From assembly GCA_050014495.1 (NCBI GenBank), contig JBEKDF010000036.1, positions 1 through 31,142 on the forward strand: DNA of 31,142 nucleotides, written 5' to 3'. The notes under the pieces are model-generated. The model ran no database searches. It was not told the origin of the DNA and saw only the letters and a program-made list of their open reading frames with translations. Below are positions 18,393 through 28,353 of the stretch, piece by piece. The first letter of the stretch is position 1. Every line of letters starts with the position of its first letter. The stretch comes from Candidatus Bathyarchaeia archaeon (lineage in GTDB: Archaea > Thermoproteota > Bathyarchaeia > TCS64). A program made the position numbers and the translations under genes.

Positions 18393-18413
18393 AGGGGTGG
18401 GCTTGTAGCTCAA
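18374..18413 (+). mobile_element. IS200/IS605 IscB/HEARO-type end remnant
   Basis: GTCAAATACACACTCC-TAAA-GGGGTGGGCTTGTAGCTCAA; closely similar to the reverse complement of 30811-30850. Confidence 0.7.
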
Positions 18414-18522
18414 GTCCTCCGCGCGCGATAGGGCAGTACAAATGATGAAATTACTTAGCGCGCGCGTTGGTAGCTCACTTGCGGATTAAAATATTGAGAG
18501 ATACCCTTTTGGCCGGGTTGGG

Positions 18523-18818
18523 TCAGTCTGAGAACATGATCTTAGCCCATTTCGGTGACTCGATGAGGCGCAGGACAAAGGATCCAACGGGCTCGACCTC
18601 AGCGTGCCTCTTCTCCCTTATGGACCCATAACTGATAAGATGGAGTCCTCGGAGGATGCGGGCGTTTAGCTTGAGCGTCGACAGGGGGATACCCGTCTCC
18701 TCGTGTAGACTCTTCAATAGACTGGTCAATGGTCGGCTATTCGACGCGACGCGAGAGAGAATGAGGAGTTGGTTGTCGTTTAGGGTGTCCTTAGAAGGAG
18801 TCTGCGGAGGTCTTCCAC
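18523..18818 (-). pseudogene. Winged-HTH-like protein, apparently frameshifted near 18785
   Basis: VEDLRRLLLRT in one frame continues as LNDNQLLILSRV...TSLLKSLHEETGIPLSTLKLNARILRGLHLI in another. Confidence 0.55.
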
Positions 18819-18904
18819 TCCGCTGGTCGATATTGGAGTTTGGTCACACTCAACACCGGTTTCATTCCCTCGATTCGGTTTAAAAACATGTTGGGCAGGA
18901 GGAA

Positions 18905-20020
18905 CTACCCATTAATACTCATCTCAATGCTCTCACCCCAGATGATGGGGACGAAGCGCACCCCAGTATCCTGAGGTACCGCATGGCTAAGCCACAGGTC
19001 ACCATCCCTCTCCTGCTCCAAGACATTACGAAACATAGCATAGTCAAGTATCCCTCTACCATGACCCAACTCATGGAGATGAAGCGGGAACATGACGCGG
19101 CTCTGTGGCACCAGCTTATAGTAGTCCTCGGCGACCATCCCATCAACATAATGCACAATGTAAAGATCCACCCGCTTACCCGAGAAATCAGGTTTTAAAC
19201 CGTTGAAGAATCCATCCCCCGTATGAAGGATGCCAAAACCCGAAACCTCGATATAGAACCAATCCATAGGCGTCGCCGAGAAGGCGTCCTCAGTATCATT
19301 CGGAGAGCCATGATCTGCGGGGTAGGCTGTAATCCTGACACCCCTAACCTCAATTGTCCCCCCCGGCTCCACACCGACCAATGCCTGGGCTGCCAAGGGT
19401 GAACCCGCGAGGACCTTGACCATACTCTCACCATTTGGGTCCCTCACTAGGTTATTCTGATTCGAGTAGTCCACCCTAACCCTCTCATCAGCTACCACAA
19501 TCTTAGCCCCAGCCTTCTCCGCCGCAGCCGCGACATTTGCGTCGAGGTGATCTCCGTGGGGATGAGTCACTATGAGTACGTCGAGGAGGCCGCCGACGTC
19601 GGCGATGGAGGGAGCCACATACGTGCCAGCTACGTCTATGCCTATGGTGACATTTGACGTCTTGATGACGACTCCCATGTTGTAGATGTACCAGACCCTC
19701 ATGCTCCCCACCGGGACGATGGTTGACCTGATCTCCTCAATGGCACGCTTCGTCCTAACTTCGAGTAGATCCGCCACAGCGCCCTGATTGAGGATGACTG
19801 GAAAATTCTTCGAGATGAAGTCGTCGAAGCTGAGAAGCGTGCTTTTCCGGTCCTTGGAGCTGCTGCCCGGCGGAGACTTCACTATTTCTTCATCTAGTGC
19901 GTTGACTTGGCTTCCACTCAGCTGCTCTTGGATGAAAGGTGTCTTCAACCAGACGACGAAGCTGAGTGCAGCAATTAGAAGCACTGTGACTGATACCAGA
20001 TGCTTTCTATTTAATCTCAC
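18905..20020 (-). CDS. Membrane-anchored metallo-beta-lactamase-fold hydrolase (UlaG-like)
   Basis: N-terminal TM helix; THPHGDH, ADH, HTGD and PLH motifs. Confidence 0.85.
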   Translation of the reverse strand: MRLNRKHLVSVTVLLIAALSFVVWLKTPFIQEQLSGSQVNALDEEIVKSPPGSSSKDRKSTLLSFDDFISKNFPVILNQGAVADLLEVRTKRAIEEIRSTIVPVGSMRVWYIYNMGVVIKTSNVTIGIDVAGTYVAPSIADVGGLLDVLIVTHPHGDHLDANVAAAAEKAGAKIVVADERVRVDYSNQNNLVRDPNGESMVKVLAGSPLAAQALVGVEPGGTIEVRGVRITAYPADHGSPNDTEDAFSATPMDWFYIEVSGFGILHTGDGFFNGLKPDFSGKRVDLYIVHYVDGMVAEDYYKLVPQSRVMFPLHLHELGHGRGILDYAMFRNVLEQERDGDLWLSHAVPQDTGVRFVPIIWGESIEMSING

Positions 20021-20059
20021 TAGATAGATCCCAGCATCATACCATTTTGCATGTGTGCC

Positions 20060-23000
20060 TCAAGAATCACGCATGAGTGGTTTGTCAACTCCCAGTTTCT
20101 GGAAAGCGGACGCGACGTGCAGCGCCAGAGTCTCCATCAACTCCCTATCGACCTCATCAAACGCATGGAGTTCCTCGCTCTCCAAGTTGATCACAGCAAC
20201 GGTCTCCCCATACACAATAACCGGGACATCAAGCTCGGACCTGGAGCCCACCGCCCCTCGAACGTAGCTAGGCTCCACTCCGGTGTCGGTTGTGAGGATT
20301 GACCTCTTCTCCTTGGACGCCCTGACGGTGAGACCCCTACCGTCCAATGGCAATCTGATAGTTGGAGAGAAATTGCCTCTACTGGAGGTGATCACGAGGG
20401 CGCCGTCACGAGGTTCGAGGAATGAGAGGTAGTGAAATCCAACCACAGACTCAACCGCATCCAGGGTGGCACGTATTATTTCATCTCTGGTGCTGGCCTC
20501 CGCCAGCCTCTCGGCGTGGCGATGGAGGGCGGCGACCTGTCTACCCTGCCTCTTCATCTCGGATACGTCCCTACCGATGATTAGTATTGAGGGCTTTCCT
20601 TGCCGAATGATTAGGTTGAAGGATGCGTCGATTGGTACGATTCTCCCATTCTTAGCTAAGATCAGTAACTCGTACCTCGTTGGCTGGGGCTCTCCTCTCT
20701 GTCTACTCAGGGCCCTCTCCTTAACCTCTTCGAGCGTCTCCTTAGATAGGACCTTCGAGATATCCACGCCGATCAAATCGCTGGGGGATTCGTAGCCGAG
20801 TTTCTCCGCCGCCCCCTTGTTGACGTATGTGATTGTGGTACCCGAGATGAGGGCTACGAGCTCACGTGATGAGTCCAGTAGCGTCCGATAAGTCTCTTCA
20901 TTCTCTCTATTAGCCTCGATTTGCTTTATCCTAGTGATCGCTGAGGCCACGTGATCGGCGAAGAGTACGACTAGCCTCTTATCCTCGCCCGTGAAGGCGT
21001 CTGCCTTCACGCTCTCCAAGTTAATGACCGCCTTAACCTGTTCGCCGATCACAACTGGAACCACAAGTTCGGATAAGAAAACTGTGCCAGGATCAAACGA
21101 TCCAATATAATCCTTCTCAAGGCGAGTATCTGGGACGAGCTGGGCTTCACCTGTTCTAAAGGCCCTCACTGTTACACCGGGTCCGCTGAGTGGTAGTTCC
21201 TTACGCCAACTCTTATACGAACCCGTCTTAGACACGAAACTCAGCCTATCACCTTCCACTAAACCGAAGCTACCATATTCGGCTCCCAAGACCTGTTGAA
21301 TTGTCTCCAGGGTGATCTTCGCGACTTCCTCGAGATCCAGGCACTTTGCGAGTTTTGATGTGTGGCTGGATAAGGCCTCAAGCTTGATCTTGTAAGTCTC
21401 CCCCAATTCCATGGATCTAATCCTCTTGATGGCGGAGCCAGCCTCATCCGCCAGAGCCTCCATGAGCGTCTTCTCATCCTCGCCAAATGCGTTCAGTTCC
21501 AGGCTCTCTGCGTTCAAAACACCGAGCAACTCGTCCCCGCAGAGAATCGGGGTCGCTATTTCGCTTAGGGAATCAGTTTTACCCTTAACGAAATCAGGGT
21601 CCAAACGTGTGTCTTTAACCAGCAAGGTCCTTCTTTCTCGTGCAACCTTAGCGGTCACCCCCTTCTCTCCAATTGGCATCGACGCCCTAATGGGCTCCAC
21701 ACCTCTGGTGGCTAAGATGTGTAAATTTTCCCCTTTGGCTAATTGTATGCCTAGGAACTTGCAGCTCAAGAGCTTCTGTAATATGTCTAGGGTGACGTTT
21801 GCCAAATCATCCATATTCCGCAGCTCATTCAACTCATGCGCATGCTCATGCAGGGAGGCTATTCTACTCTGCAGCGCCTGTTTTTTCTTTTCATTTGAAA
21901 TATCGCGTATGAATGTTAGACTCGCGTTTTCTCCGTTGAAGACGATTCGTGAGATAGAGAATTCAACGGGGATGAATGACCCATCCTTCCGGATTAGCTC
22001 CACGTCGTACTTGTTCGGGACCGATTCTCCTAGGGCTCGTCTCCGAGTAAAGTCCTCAATCAGTTCTCTGTAAATATCTCTAGTGCATTCTAAAACACCT
22101 TTCACAAGTAATTCGTCGACGGAATATCCCATCATATCGGCGAAGTGCTGGTTTACGTACACTGCTTTACCCAAGACGTTGACGATGACGCCCTCCGGTG
22201 CGGAGTCCAGCATATACCTGAAGCGTTCCTCTGACCGGGTCAGGGCCCTTTTAGATGCTTTGATTACCTTAAAGTGCTCAATTCTCGAGAACGCCGAGGC
22301 AACGTGCTTCGAGAGGATCTCAACAATCTCCATATCCTCCTCGCTGAAGAAACCCAGCCTCCTGTCCTCAAGATTGATCACCGCGATGACTCTTCCAGCC
22401 ACCTTCACTGGTACATCCAGCTCAGATAGAAAATCAACTGGCTCAACATCCTTCACGAAGTCCTCATCCAATCGGGTGTCTGGGACCAGCTGAGACTTCC
22501 CCGTCCTAACCGCCCTAGTGGTGATACCCTTTCCATTCAGTGGGAGATCAGAAATCTTGAAGGTCAGGTTCCTCGCGTACTTAAACTTGATGACGTCGCC
22601 TACAACGATGCCGATGCAGCCATCACTGAATCCAAGCAACTCATGAAAAACTTCGAATGTATACTCAGCCACCCCTTTTTCCGAGTTTAGATCCAAAAGA
22701 TATGCCGCATGCCTATTTATCTGCTCAAGCCTGGAGAGATACTTTTTAGCTGATTCAAGCATTTTAAGCCTGTTTAGGGCTGATCCTACGTGTTCGGAGA
22801 AGATCTCGAGTAATTTAGCGTCATTCCAAGTGAACTTATCCAGCTTCTCGTCCTCGATGTTGATGACGGCGACGACCTTACCACCGATCTTTACTGGAAC
22901 AACAATCTCGGAGAGGTACCTAAGCCCCGACTTCGGGCCGATGTAATCTTGGTCAAGACGCACATCAGGGACTATGATCGAGGAACCAGTACTCACAGCC

Positions 23001-24022
23001 CTCCCACAGACACCTGGACCCCCAAGCGGATACTCAAGCGACCAATCGTCGCCGATGTCCCCGTTTGGTAGAAACCTTAAAACATCGCCCTCAACCACTC
23101 CGAGTCCGAAGAAGCCGTAGCCCATTATTTCATGTAAAATCTGATAAGTAGTCTCAGTCACCGCGGTAACGTCTTCACATTGGCTAAGCGTCAACGCGTG
23201 GCTCTGCAGCGCCTCAAGCCGCTCCTTCATCTGAGCCTCAAGCCGCTTACGATCCGAGATGTCCCTGCTGAAGCTCAGAACCGCGTCGACGCCCATGTAC
23301 CTGATGACCGTGGCGCTGACCTCGACGGGGATATCCTTCCCTTCACATGTGACTTGAACGGATTCGAAGACAGCATGCCCCTGCCGGATAATCTTCTCCA
23401 AGTTGTCCTTGAAGTTTATACTATTCTTTGCGATATCCTTATACTGGTTCTCCCTCAGGAGCTCCTCCCTTGTGTAGCCTAGCCTCTCGCAGCCCGCCTT
23501 GTTTGCGTCGAGGATTTTTCCATTAAGGTCGCGTATGAATATCGCGTCGCTGGCGTTCTCGAAGAGATTCCTGTAGCTCTCGTTGCTCCGGCGGCGCTCA
23601 ACTGCCTGTCTGATGCGCTTAGACACGACTTGGTAGTGAGCTGGCGCCATCTCTTTTCTAATATAGTCGTCTACTCCAGCCGCGAATGCTCTCTCCGCGA
23701 CCTCCTCGCTGCCCCTTCCCGTGTAGATAATTATGGGTATGTTGCTGGTTTCCCTGATCTTCTTAGAGAGGGTTATTCCATCCATGTCCGGCATGTCGTA
23801 GTCGGAGACGATGCAGTCGTAGGCACCCGTCTGAACTAGGTCTATAACGTCTTGAGCACAATGAGTGGAGGTGACCTTTATGCTTGGATCGTTCTCGACG
23901 AAGATCTTGAGGAACATCTGCTGCTGCTCTTCGTCGTCGACGTGGAGGACCCGGATTACCTCCATAGAAGACGCTAGAACCAGGTCAGATTCGAGATGGT
24001 TCTTATCGTCATCTAAGGTCAT
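20060..24022 (-). CDS. Multi-sensor signalling protein: REC-PAS-GAF-GAF-PAS-GAF-GAF-PAS-GAF, no kinase/output domain
   Basis: REC motifs (VDD, SDYDMP, YTG, YIRK); three PAS/PAC units ending in RDIS/RDVS; five GAF repeats (D-R-DPDY...SE-VP...VIN-ES...F). Confidence 0.9.
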   Translation of the reverse strand: MTLDDDKNHLESDLVLASSMEVIRVLHVDDEEQQQMFLKIFVENDPSIKVTSTHCAQDVIDLVQTGAYDCIVSDYDMPDMDGITLSKKIRETSNIPIIIYTGRGSEEVAERAFAAGVDDYIRKEMAPAHYQVVSKRIRQAVERRRSNESYRNLFENASDAIFIRDLNGKILDANKAGCERLGYTREELLRENQYKDIAKNSINFKDNLEKIIRQGHAVFESVQVTCEGKDIPVEVSATVIRYMGVDAVLSFSRDISDRKRLEAQMKERLEALQSHALTLSQCEDVTAVTETTYQILHEIMGYGFFGLGVVEGDVLRFLPNGDIGDDWSLEYPLGGPGVCGRAVSTGSSIIVPDVRLDQDYIGPKSGLRYLSEIVVPVKIGGKVVAVINIEDEKLDKFTWNDAKLLEIFSEHVGSALNRLKMLESAKKYLSRLEQINRHAAYLLDLNSEKGVAEYTFEVFHELLGFSDGCIGIVVGDVIKFKYARNLTFKISDLPLNGKGITTRAVRTGKSQLVPDTRLDEDFVKDVEPVDFLSELDVPVKVAGRVIAVINLEDRRLGFFSEEDMEIVEILSKHVASAFSRIEHFKVIKASKRALTRSEERFRYMLDSAPEGVIVNVLGKAVYVNQHFADMMGYSVDELLVKGVLECTRDIYRELIEDFTRRRALGESVPNKYDVELIRKDGSFIPVEFSISRIVFNGENASLTFIRDISNEKKKQALQSRIASLHEHAHELNELRNMDDLANVTLDILQKLLSCKFLGIQLAKGENLHILATRGVEPIRASMPIGEKGVTAKVARERRTLLVKDTRLDPDFVKGKTDSLSEIATPILCGDELLGVLNAESLELNAFGEDEKTLMEALADEAGSAIKRIRSMELGETYKIKLEALSSHTSKLAKCLDLEEVAKITLETIQQVLGAEYGSFGLVEGDRLSFVSKTGSYKSWRKELPLSGPGVTVRAFRTGEAQLVPDTRLEKDYIGSFDPGTVFLSELVVPVVIGEQVKAVINLESVKADAFTGEDKRLVVLFADHVASAITRIKQIEANRENEETYRTLLDSSRELVALISGTTITYVNKGAAEKLGYESPSDLIGVDISKVLSKETLEEVKERALSRQRGEPQPTRYELLILAKNGRIVPIDASFNLIIRQGKPSILIIGRDVSEMKRQGRQVAALHRHAERLAEASTRDEIIRATLDAVESVVGFHYLSFLEPRDGALVITSSRGNFSPTIRLPLDGRGLTVRASKEKRSILTTDTGVEPSYVRGAVGSRSELDVPVIVYGETVAVINLESEELHAFDEVDRELMETLALHVASAFQKLGVDKPLMRDS

Positions 24023-24645
24023 ATCATCGTTTATATGGTGTTAGTGATTATTCCTTATAACGAAAATGGAGTAGAAACACATCATTATATTAACATAATT
24101 ATACTATGATGAATAGTTAAAAGTTACTCTTGAATGATGATGGAGAGTAAATGTGCTAAATTACATGAAAATCATTGTAAAAATTATAACAATTTAATAG
24201 AATTATTAAGATAAATATTGAATAATGATTAAAGATATTCTGATTGTGGTGTAAATGATATTTAATGAATAATCACATCGAAAAATCGCTGTAGGCAGTG
24301 AGTGGATGACCTGAGTGTTTTCCTAGCTTCCCACACTTGTCGGGACAGGTTGTCTTCTGGCGCGCGCGATTTTTGAATAAATTCTAAGCATGCATTATTG
24401 TAGCAATGAGGAGTAATATCCATGCAACTTAGTTTTTGCGCGCGCGCCTCCCTCGAGTACCAGCCAAACGTTCTGTGTTAAAACACCAGTCCAGATAGTT
24501 GAGATGAGCCAGTTGAGGCCGTAGTCTTACAAGGTGGTTAACAGTAGGCTACCCATCAACAATGGAAAGGTATACCTCATTTCAACTCACACCTCCGGCG
24601 TCGCGCGCACATAGTTAAGGATGCACGTGTTTCTCGGGGGTTGAT

Positions 24646-25155
24646 CTAAGCTTTGCGGAGATGGGATACTGCGAGGAGTGTACCCTTGACTATGATAAGG
24701 AGAGGAGGGCACATTGAGGTTAGCATCAGGGTCGTTATGTTTAGGGAGAGGTTTGCCTGAATGCTCATCGGAATGTTGATTTCTAGTGCACTTTGGATCT
24801 GGGTGACGGGAATCTGGATGTCTATGGTTCCTCCGTGGAGGAGTACGTAGGAATATGTGATTAGGGAGGCTCCTAGGAGGATGAGGAAGGGGCCTTCGAG
24901 CTTCGTCTTCCTGAGCATCATGGTTGCGAGTACGAGGAGGGATGCGAGGATTCCTAGTGTTGGGATCCTCGGGTCGAGCAGCTGATTGATGAGAGCCAGT
25001 AGCTGGGCGTTAGGGATCTCGGTGCTCGTGTAGTCTATGAGAGCTCTAGGTAGGATGTATAGGGCTGCGAGGCTGAATACAGATAGGAGGATGGCTATTA
25101 TCGCCCTCAATGTGAGCCTTGCAGCAGATATTTCGATGTCCAGCAACTTAACCAA
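24646..25155 (-). CDS. Hypothetical membrane protein (about 4 TM)
   Basis: Hydrophobic segments; coupled to the upstream gene by an 8-bp overlap. Confidence 0.7.
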   Translation of the reverse strand: MVKLLDIEISAARLTLRAIIAILLSVFSLAALYILPRALIDYTSTEIPNAQLLALINQLLDPRIPTLGILASLLVLATMMLRKTKLEGPFLILLGASLITYSYVLLHGGTIDIQIPVTQIQSALEINIPMSIQANLSLNITTLMLTSMCPPLLIIVKGTLLAVSHLRKA

Positions 25156-26305
25156 GGGATCCGACCTCCAGGTCTATGGACCCAAGCTGGGTCTCGAGGC
25201 CCAGCACAAGCTTGGGGCTACTCATTAACTGGCTGTTTGGGACGACGATGTCGAAGTTGAGTGAGGCTGTTTCTCCGGGTGTGACGTGGAGTTGCTGTTT
25301 GTTGCCCACCCAGGTATCACCTGACCCGTTCACGAGTTTTGGGGTTATTGATCCGTCTATGGTTAGGATGTTGTTGTTGTTTAGGAAGCTTAGCATGGCT
25401 TTTACTCTCGTATATGTCGCGTTCACAGGTGTTTGGGTGGTCGAGATCTTTAGGTTCTTTATGGGTGCTCCCCAGTTTAGGTTGATGCTCTTGCTGAGCT
25501 TCGTGGCGATGGGTAAGCCGGTGAGTGTGAACTCCATGTCTGCCCTGTATCTGAGTGTCGCGTCCTTTAGGAGCAGGTCTTCGAGGTTTGTCGGGGGAGA
25601 TAGGGTGATCTGTGCGGAGTCGTTCCATTTGGTCATTGGTTGGGAGGTGATTTTGAGGGTTCCTAGGCCAACCTGGTGATCTGTGGAGTTAAATACGGAG
25701 ATCACGCCCTCGCCGTTCACTGCGAAAAACGGGGACTGGTTTTCGAATGAGAAGGGTAACTCTATCATGATTTGGGTTGGGGTCATTCCCTTGATGGTTG
25801 GTTGTCCGATAGCAGGGTTGTGGATGGGTGGAAGCCAGGTTACTCGGGCGGTGGCCTCTGCTGTTATTGAGGTGATTGGCTGCATGCCCACGTGTGCTGA
25901 TACATCGATGGTGAAGTTCTCCGGGTTGGATGCGAGGCGCTTCGCGTCTTCCTCCGAGACCTTGCTTAGGTCGATCTCGACGGAGACTGGGATTCTCTGC
26001 AGCGGCGATCCAGCCTCAACGGTTAGCTGAGGCGCTGTGATGCTTATCGGGGTTCCCTGGTTGCCGTTGACCGAGGCTGTGACGTCGGCTTCAGTCCTGA
26101 AGGGCCCTGAGTTTCTTATGGTGAGGACTGAGGATAACGTGAATTTGCCGTTGTTTAGGGACTGTGTTGTGTTGTCGAGTTTGATTGAGTTCGCGACTCC
26201 GGCGACGTTGTTTGCGGTTATAATTAGTAGGGCAGGGAGTATGAGTAGAGAGAGCAGGATCAGCAAGTTGAGTACGGTCAGGCCTTTTATCAACTGGTTT
26301 GACAT
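25148..26305 (-). CDS. Membrane-anchored protein with about three LEA-2/Ig-like beta domains
   Basis: N-terminal TM helix; repeated (I/F)xNxx(P/N) motifs: IRNSGPF, FENQSPF, FLNNNNI. Confidence 0.65.
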   Translation of the reverse strand: MSNQLIKGLTVLNLLILLSLLILPALLIITANNVAGVANSIKLDNTTQSLNNGKFTLSSVLTIRNSGPFRTEADVTASVNGNQGTPISITAPQLTVEAGSPLQRIPVSVEIDLSKVSEEDAKRLASNPENFTIDVSAHVGMQPITSITAEATARVTWLPPIHNPAIGQPTIKGMTPTQIMIELPFSFENQSPFFAVNGEGVISVFNSTDHQVGLGTLKITSQPMTKWNDSAQITLSPPTNLEDLLLKDATLRYRADMEFTLTGLPIATKLSKSINLNWGAPIKNLKISTTQTPVNATYTRVKAMLSFLNNNNILTIDGSITPKLVNGSGDTWVGNKQQLHVTPGETASLNFDIVVPNSQLMSSPKLVLGLETQLGSIDLEVGSLG

Positions 26306-26370
26306 CCTCTCATGCGAATCGATTTGGTTTGCATATTTTTCTACTTCAATTAATTCCAGTGTAACACAAT

Positions 26371-26510
26371 GTTCACGTTATGATTTGGGCCCTCTTCGGG
26401 CCCCTCGATACAGGTATTTGGCAGAGAATCCCAGGTATTCTGGAATCGCCGGTTGCAAGTTTGTCTGGATTGAATTAGTCTTTGTGGATTGGTGATATTT
26501 GGTTAATTGG
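26371..26510. repeat. Copy 2 of the diverged ~140-bp non-coding repeat
   Basis: Same orientation as 11296-11433; shares the GGGCCC-TCTTC-GGGCCC hairpin and the downstream TTGTGGATTRGTGATATTTRGTTAATTGG block. Confidence 0.85.
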
Positions 26511-26959
26511 AGAGATTATGCTTCTCACGCATTAGTTATCCCTTTCTATATTACTCATGGAAATCAGGAAAACGTACGTGTGCAATCGATTAGAATATTG
26601 TTTTCTTGTCGCCTTCATTCATCGGTTATAATTGATTTGGACTCCATCATTATTAGAGAAATAGTATCAACATATAAATGAATATAATGATTTAATCCTG
26701 ACTATCCTAACCCGTACCTGTGAGTTTAAATTAATAAGCAATTATTAACTACTATGATACAACTTGTCTTATTTATTTCCTCAAAATTACTGTATTGAAC
26801 ATTATTTATTTTCGTAAGCCAACATCATTCGCAAGCATCTAATATGTTATCGTCATCTAAAACTTAATTTAGGAGAAGCTTATACTTGTAAATCAGTGGA
26901 GGTCGCTTTCAAATCTATATCGGGTATAGAGAAATACTTGACTGGGGAGAAAAGTAAAT

Positions 26960-27262
26960 ATGACTAATAAAAGATCGAAGCTAGAAATCTATGTTGATAT
27001 AATGGATGAGATCAATAAAGGAACAACTCAACCAACAAAGATCATGTACGCTGCTAATTTAGCCTGGATACCTGTTCAGCGGATGCTCAAATCACTAGTC
27101 AACCAAGAGCTTATAGAGGAATATGACGCCGATGAACATGATCAGAGAAGCAACAAGTTGTATTGTATGACCGAAAAAGGTCAAAGCGTTTTACTTTATT
27201 TCGATAAAGTTAGAGGGATTTTAGAAAAGAAGAAACCAGTTGAGATAATGGGCTGGAGATAG
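26960..27262 (+). CDS. Archaeal winged-HTH transcriptional regulator (HTH_45-like)
   Basis: KRSKLEIYVDIM...PTKIMYAANL...LKSL...Y.MTEKG signature. Confidence 0.85.
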   Translation: MTNKRSKLEIYVDIMDEINKGTTQPTKIMYAANLAWIPVQRMLKSLVNQELIEEYDADEHDQRSNKLYCMTEKGQSVLLYFDKVRGILEKKKPVEIMGWR

Positions 27263-27471
27263 AACCCTCCTCATCTTGGTTTAATCTATTTCGCAGTACC
27301 GCTCGTGGTTACCAGTTTAAAAACATAATAGTTACGCGCGTGCGCCGTCCTCGTCTCGCTCGATGACTACGCTGTATTTCAGCTGTTTCGCCCCTTGTTC
27401 GTGTCTGTAGTTAGAGGTTTAAACTTATCATTTCTTGTTCTTCACGCGCGCTAAATGGAGTGCACGCGCGA

Positions 27472-27843
27472 TTAAATGAAGACGACGCCTTTAACACCTT
27501 TTAGATCCTCGTCGCTGGTGTAGAGCTCCGCACCATAATGCCTAGCGGTCGCATAGACCACAGCGTCAGTCATATGCAGTCCAAATATTAGACTGTAGTC
27601 AGCGGCCTCGAGAGAGAGGGACTGGTCGACGGGCACCACAAGGGTCTGACCGATGGCGGCCACTGTCTCCAAGGCGCTCTGCTCGTTCACAGCCTGCTTG
27701 ATCTTCTTGTAGACCTCGTAGAGCACCATCGCTGAGGTGACTATCTCATTGGGGGCAACCTTATCGATGACCGCATTGTAGAGGTCGGCCTTGGGACCCT
27801 TGGTGATTCGTTCGATCCACCCGTAGGAGTCGACTGAGATCAA
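27472..27843 (-). CDS. vapC: PIN-domain toxin VapC
   Basis: VDSYGWIE, VLYEV, LHMTDAVVYATA and LYTSDED motifs. Confidence 0.9.
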   Translation of the reverse strand: MISVDSYGWIERITKGPKADLYNAVIDKVAPNEIVTSAMVLYEVYKKIKQAVNEQSALETVAAIGQTLVVPVDQSLSLEAADYSLIFGLHMTDAVVYATARHYGAELYTSDEDLKGVKGVVFI

Positions 27844-28049
27844 CTTCTATCATACTCGTCTCTGAGGTCACTCGTATCGAGGCCCGGCACCATGCCCTTC
27901 GTGGCTCCCAGGGGCTTGATTGGAACGTAATGAATTATGTTGTGCTTCACGATGACGGCCATCCTGTCACCTGGCTTTATCCCCGCCTCTCTTCTAACCC
28001 TCTCGGGGATGATGACTTGATACTTGCTGGAAACGGTTACCGACTCCAT
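27840..28049 (-). CDS. vapB: AbrB/MazE/SpoVT-family antitoxin
   Basis: VTVSSKYQVIIPERVRREAGIKPGD; 4-bp overlap with vapC. Confidence 0.9.
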   Translation of the reverse strand: MESVTVSSKYQVIIPERVRREAGIKPGDRMAVIVKHNIIHYVPIKPLGATKGMVPGLDTSDLRDEYDRS

Positions 28050-28353
28050 CGATCCTCTAACCGTAAAACAGTTATCCTATCGATATAAAGGCGTCGAAAT
28101 ACATGCGCGCACTGCAACGTCTGCACTGCCTCCCTTTTTCCTGGCCCCCCAAATCAATGATTAAGCTCTCATACACAATCTCTACACTGTGACAACGTGG
28201 TACCCTGACTGGGCGTTCTGCTGCGAGACACATAATAGGATGCTACATGAGTTTTGTGGATACGAGGGCTACACACCGTACGCGCAAGATGCCTTCAATG
28301 CTATAATCGCCGAAATGCGCGCTGGCCTGTCCCGAAAATGGTTAAAAATGGTA

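Noticed and set aside
18441..18448. AATGATGA box C-like motif (also near 24133)
   Set aside because: No properly spaced CTGA box D or D'/C' pair, so a C/D sRNA is not supportable.
24509..24520. CAGTTGAGGCCG, also found at 11381-11392 inside the 140-bp repeat
   Set aside because: Only 12 bp, and it lies in the part not conserved between the two repeat copies.
24003..26860. Exact 14-mer TTATCGTCATCTAA at 24003-24016 and 26847-26860
   Set aside because: An isolated 14-bp match is expected by chance in 31 kb; no extension and no third copy.
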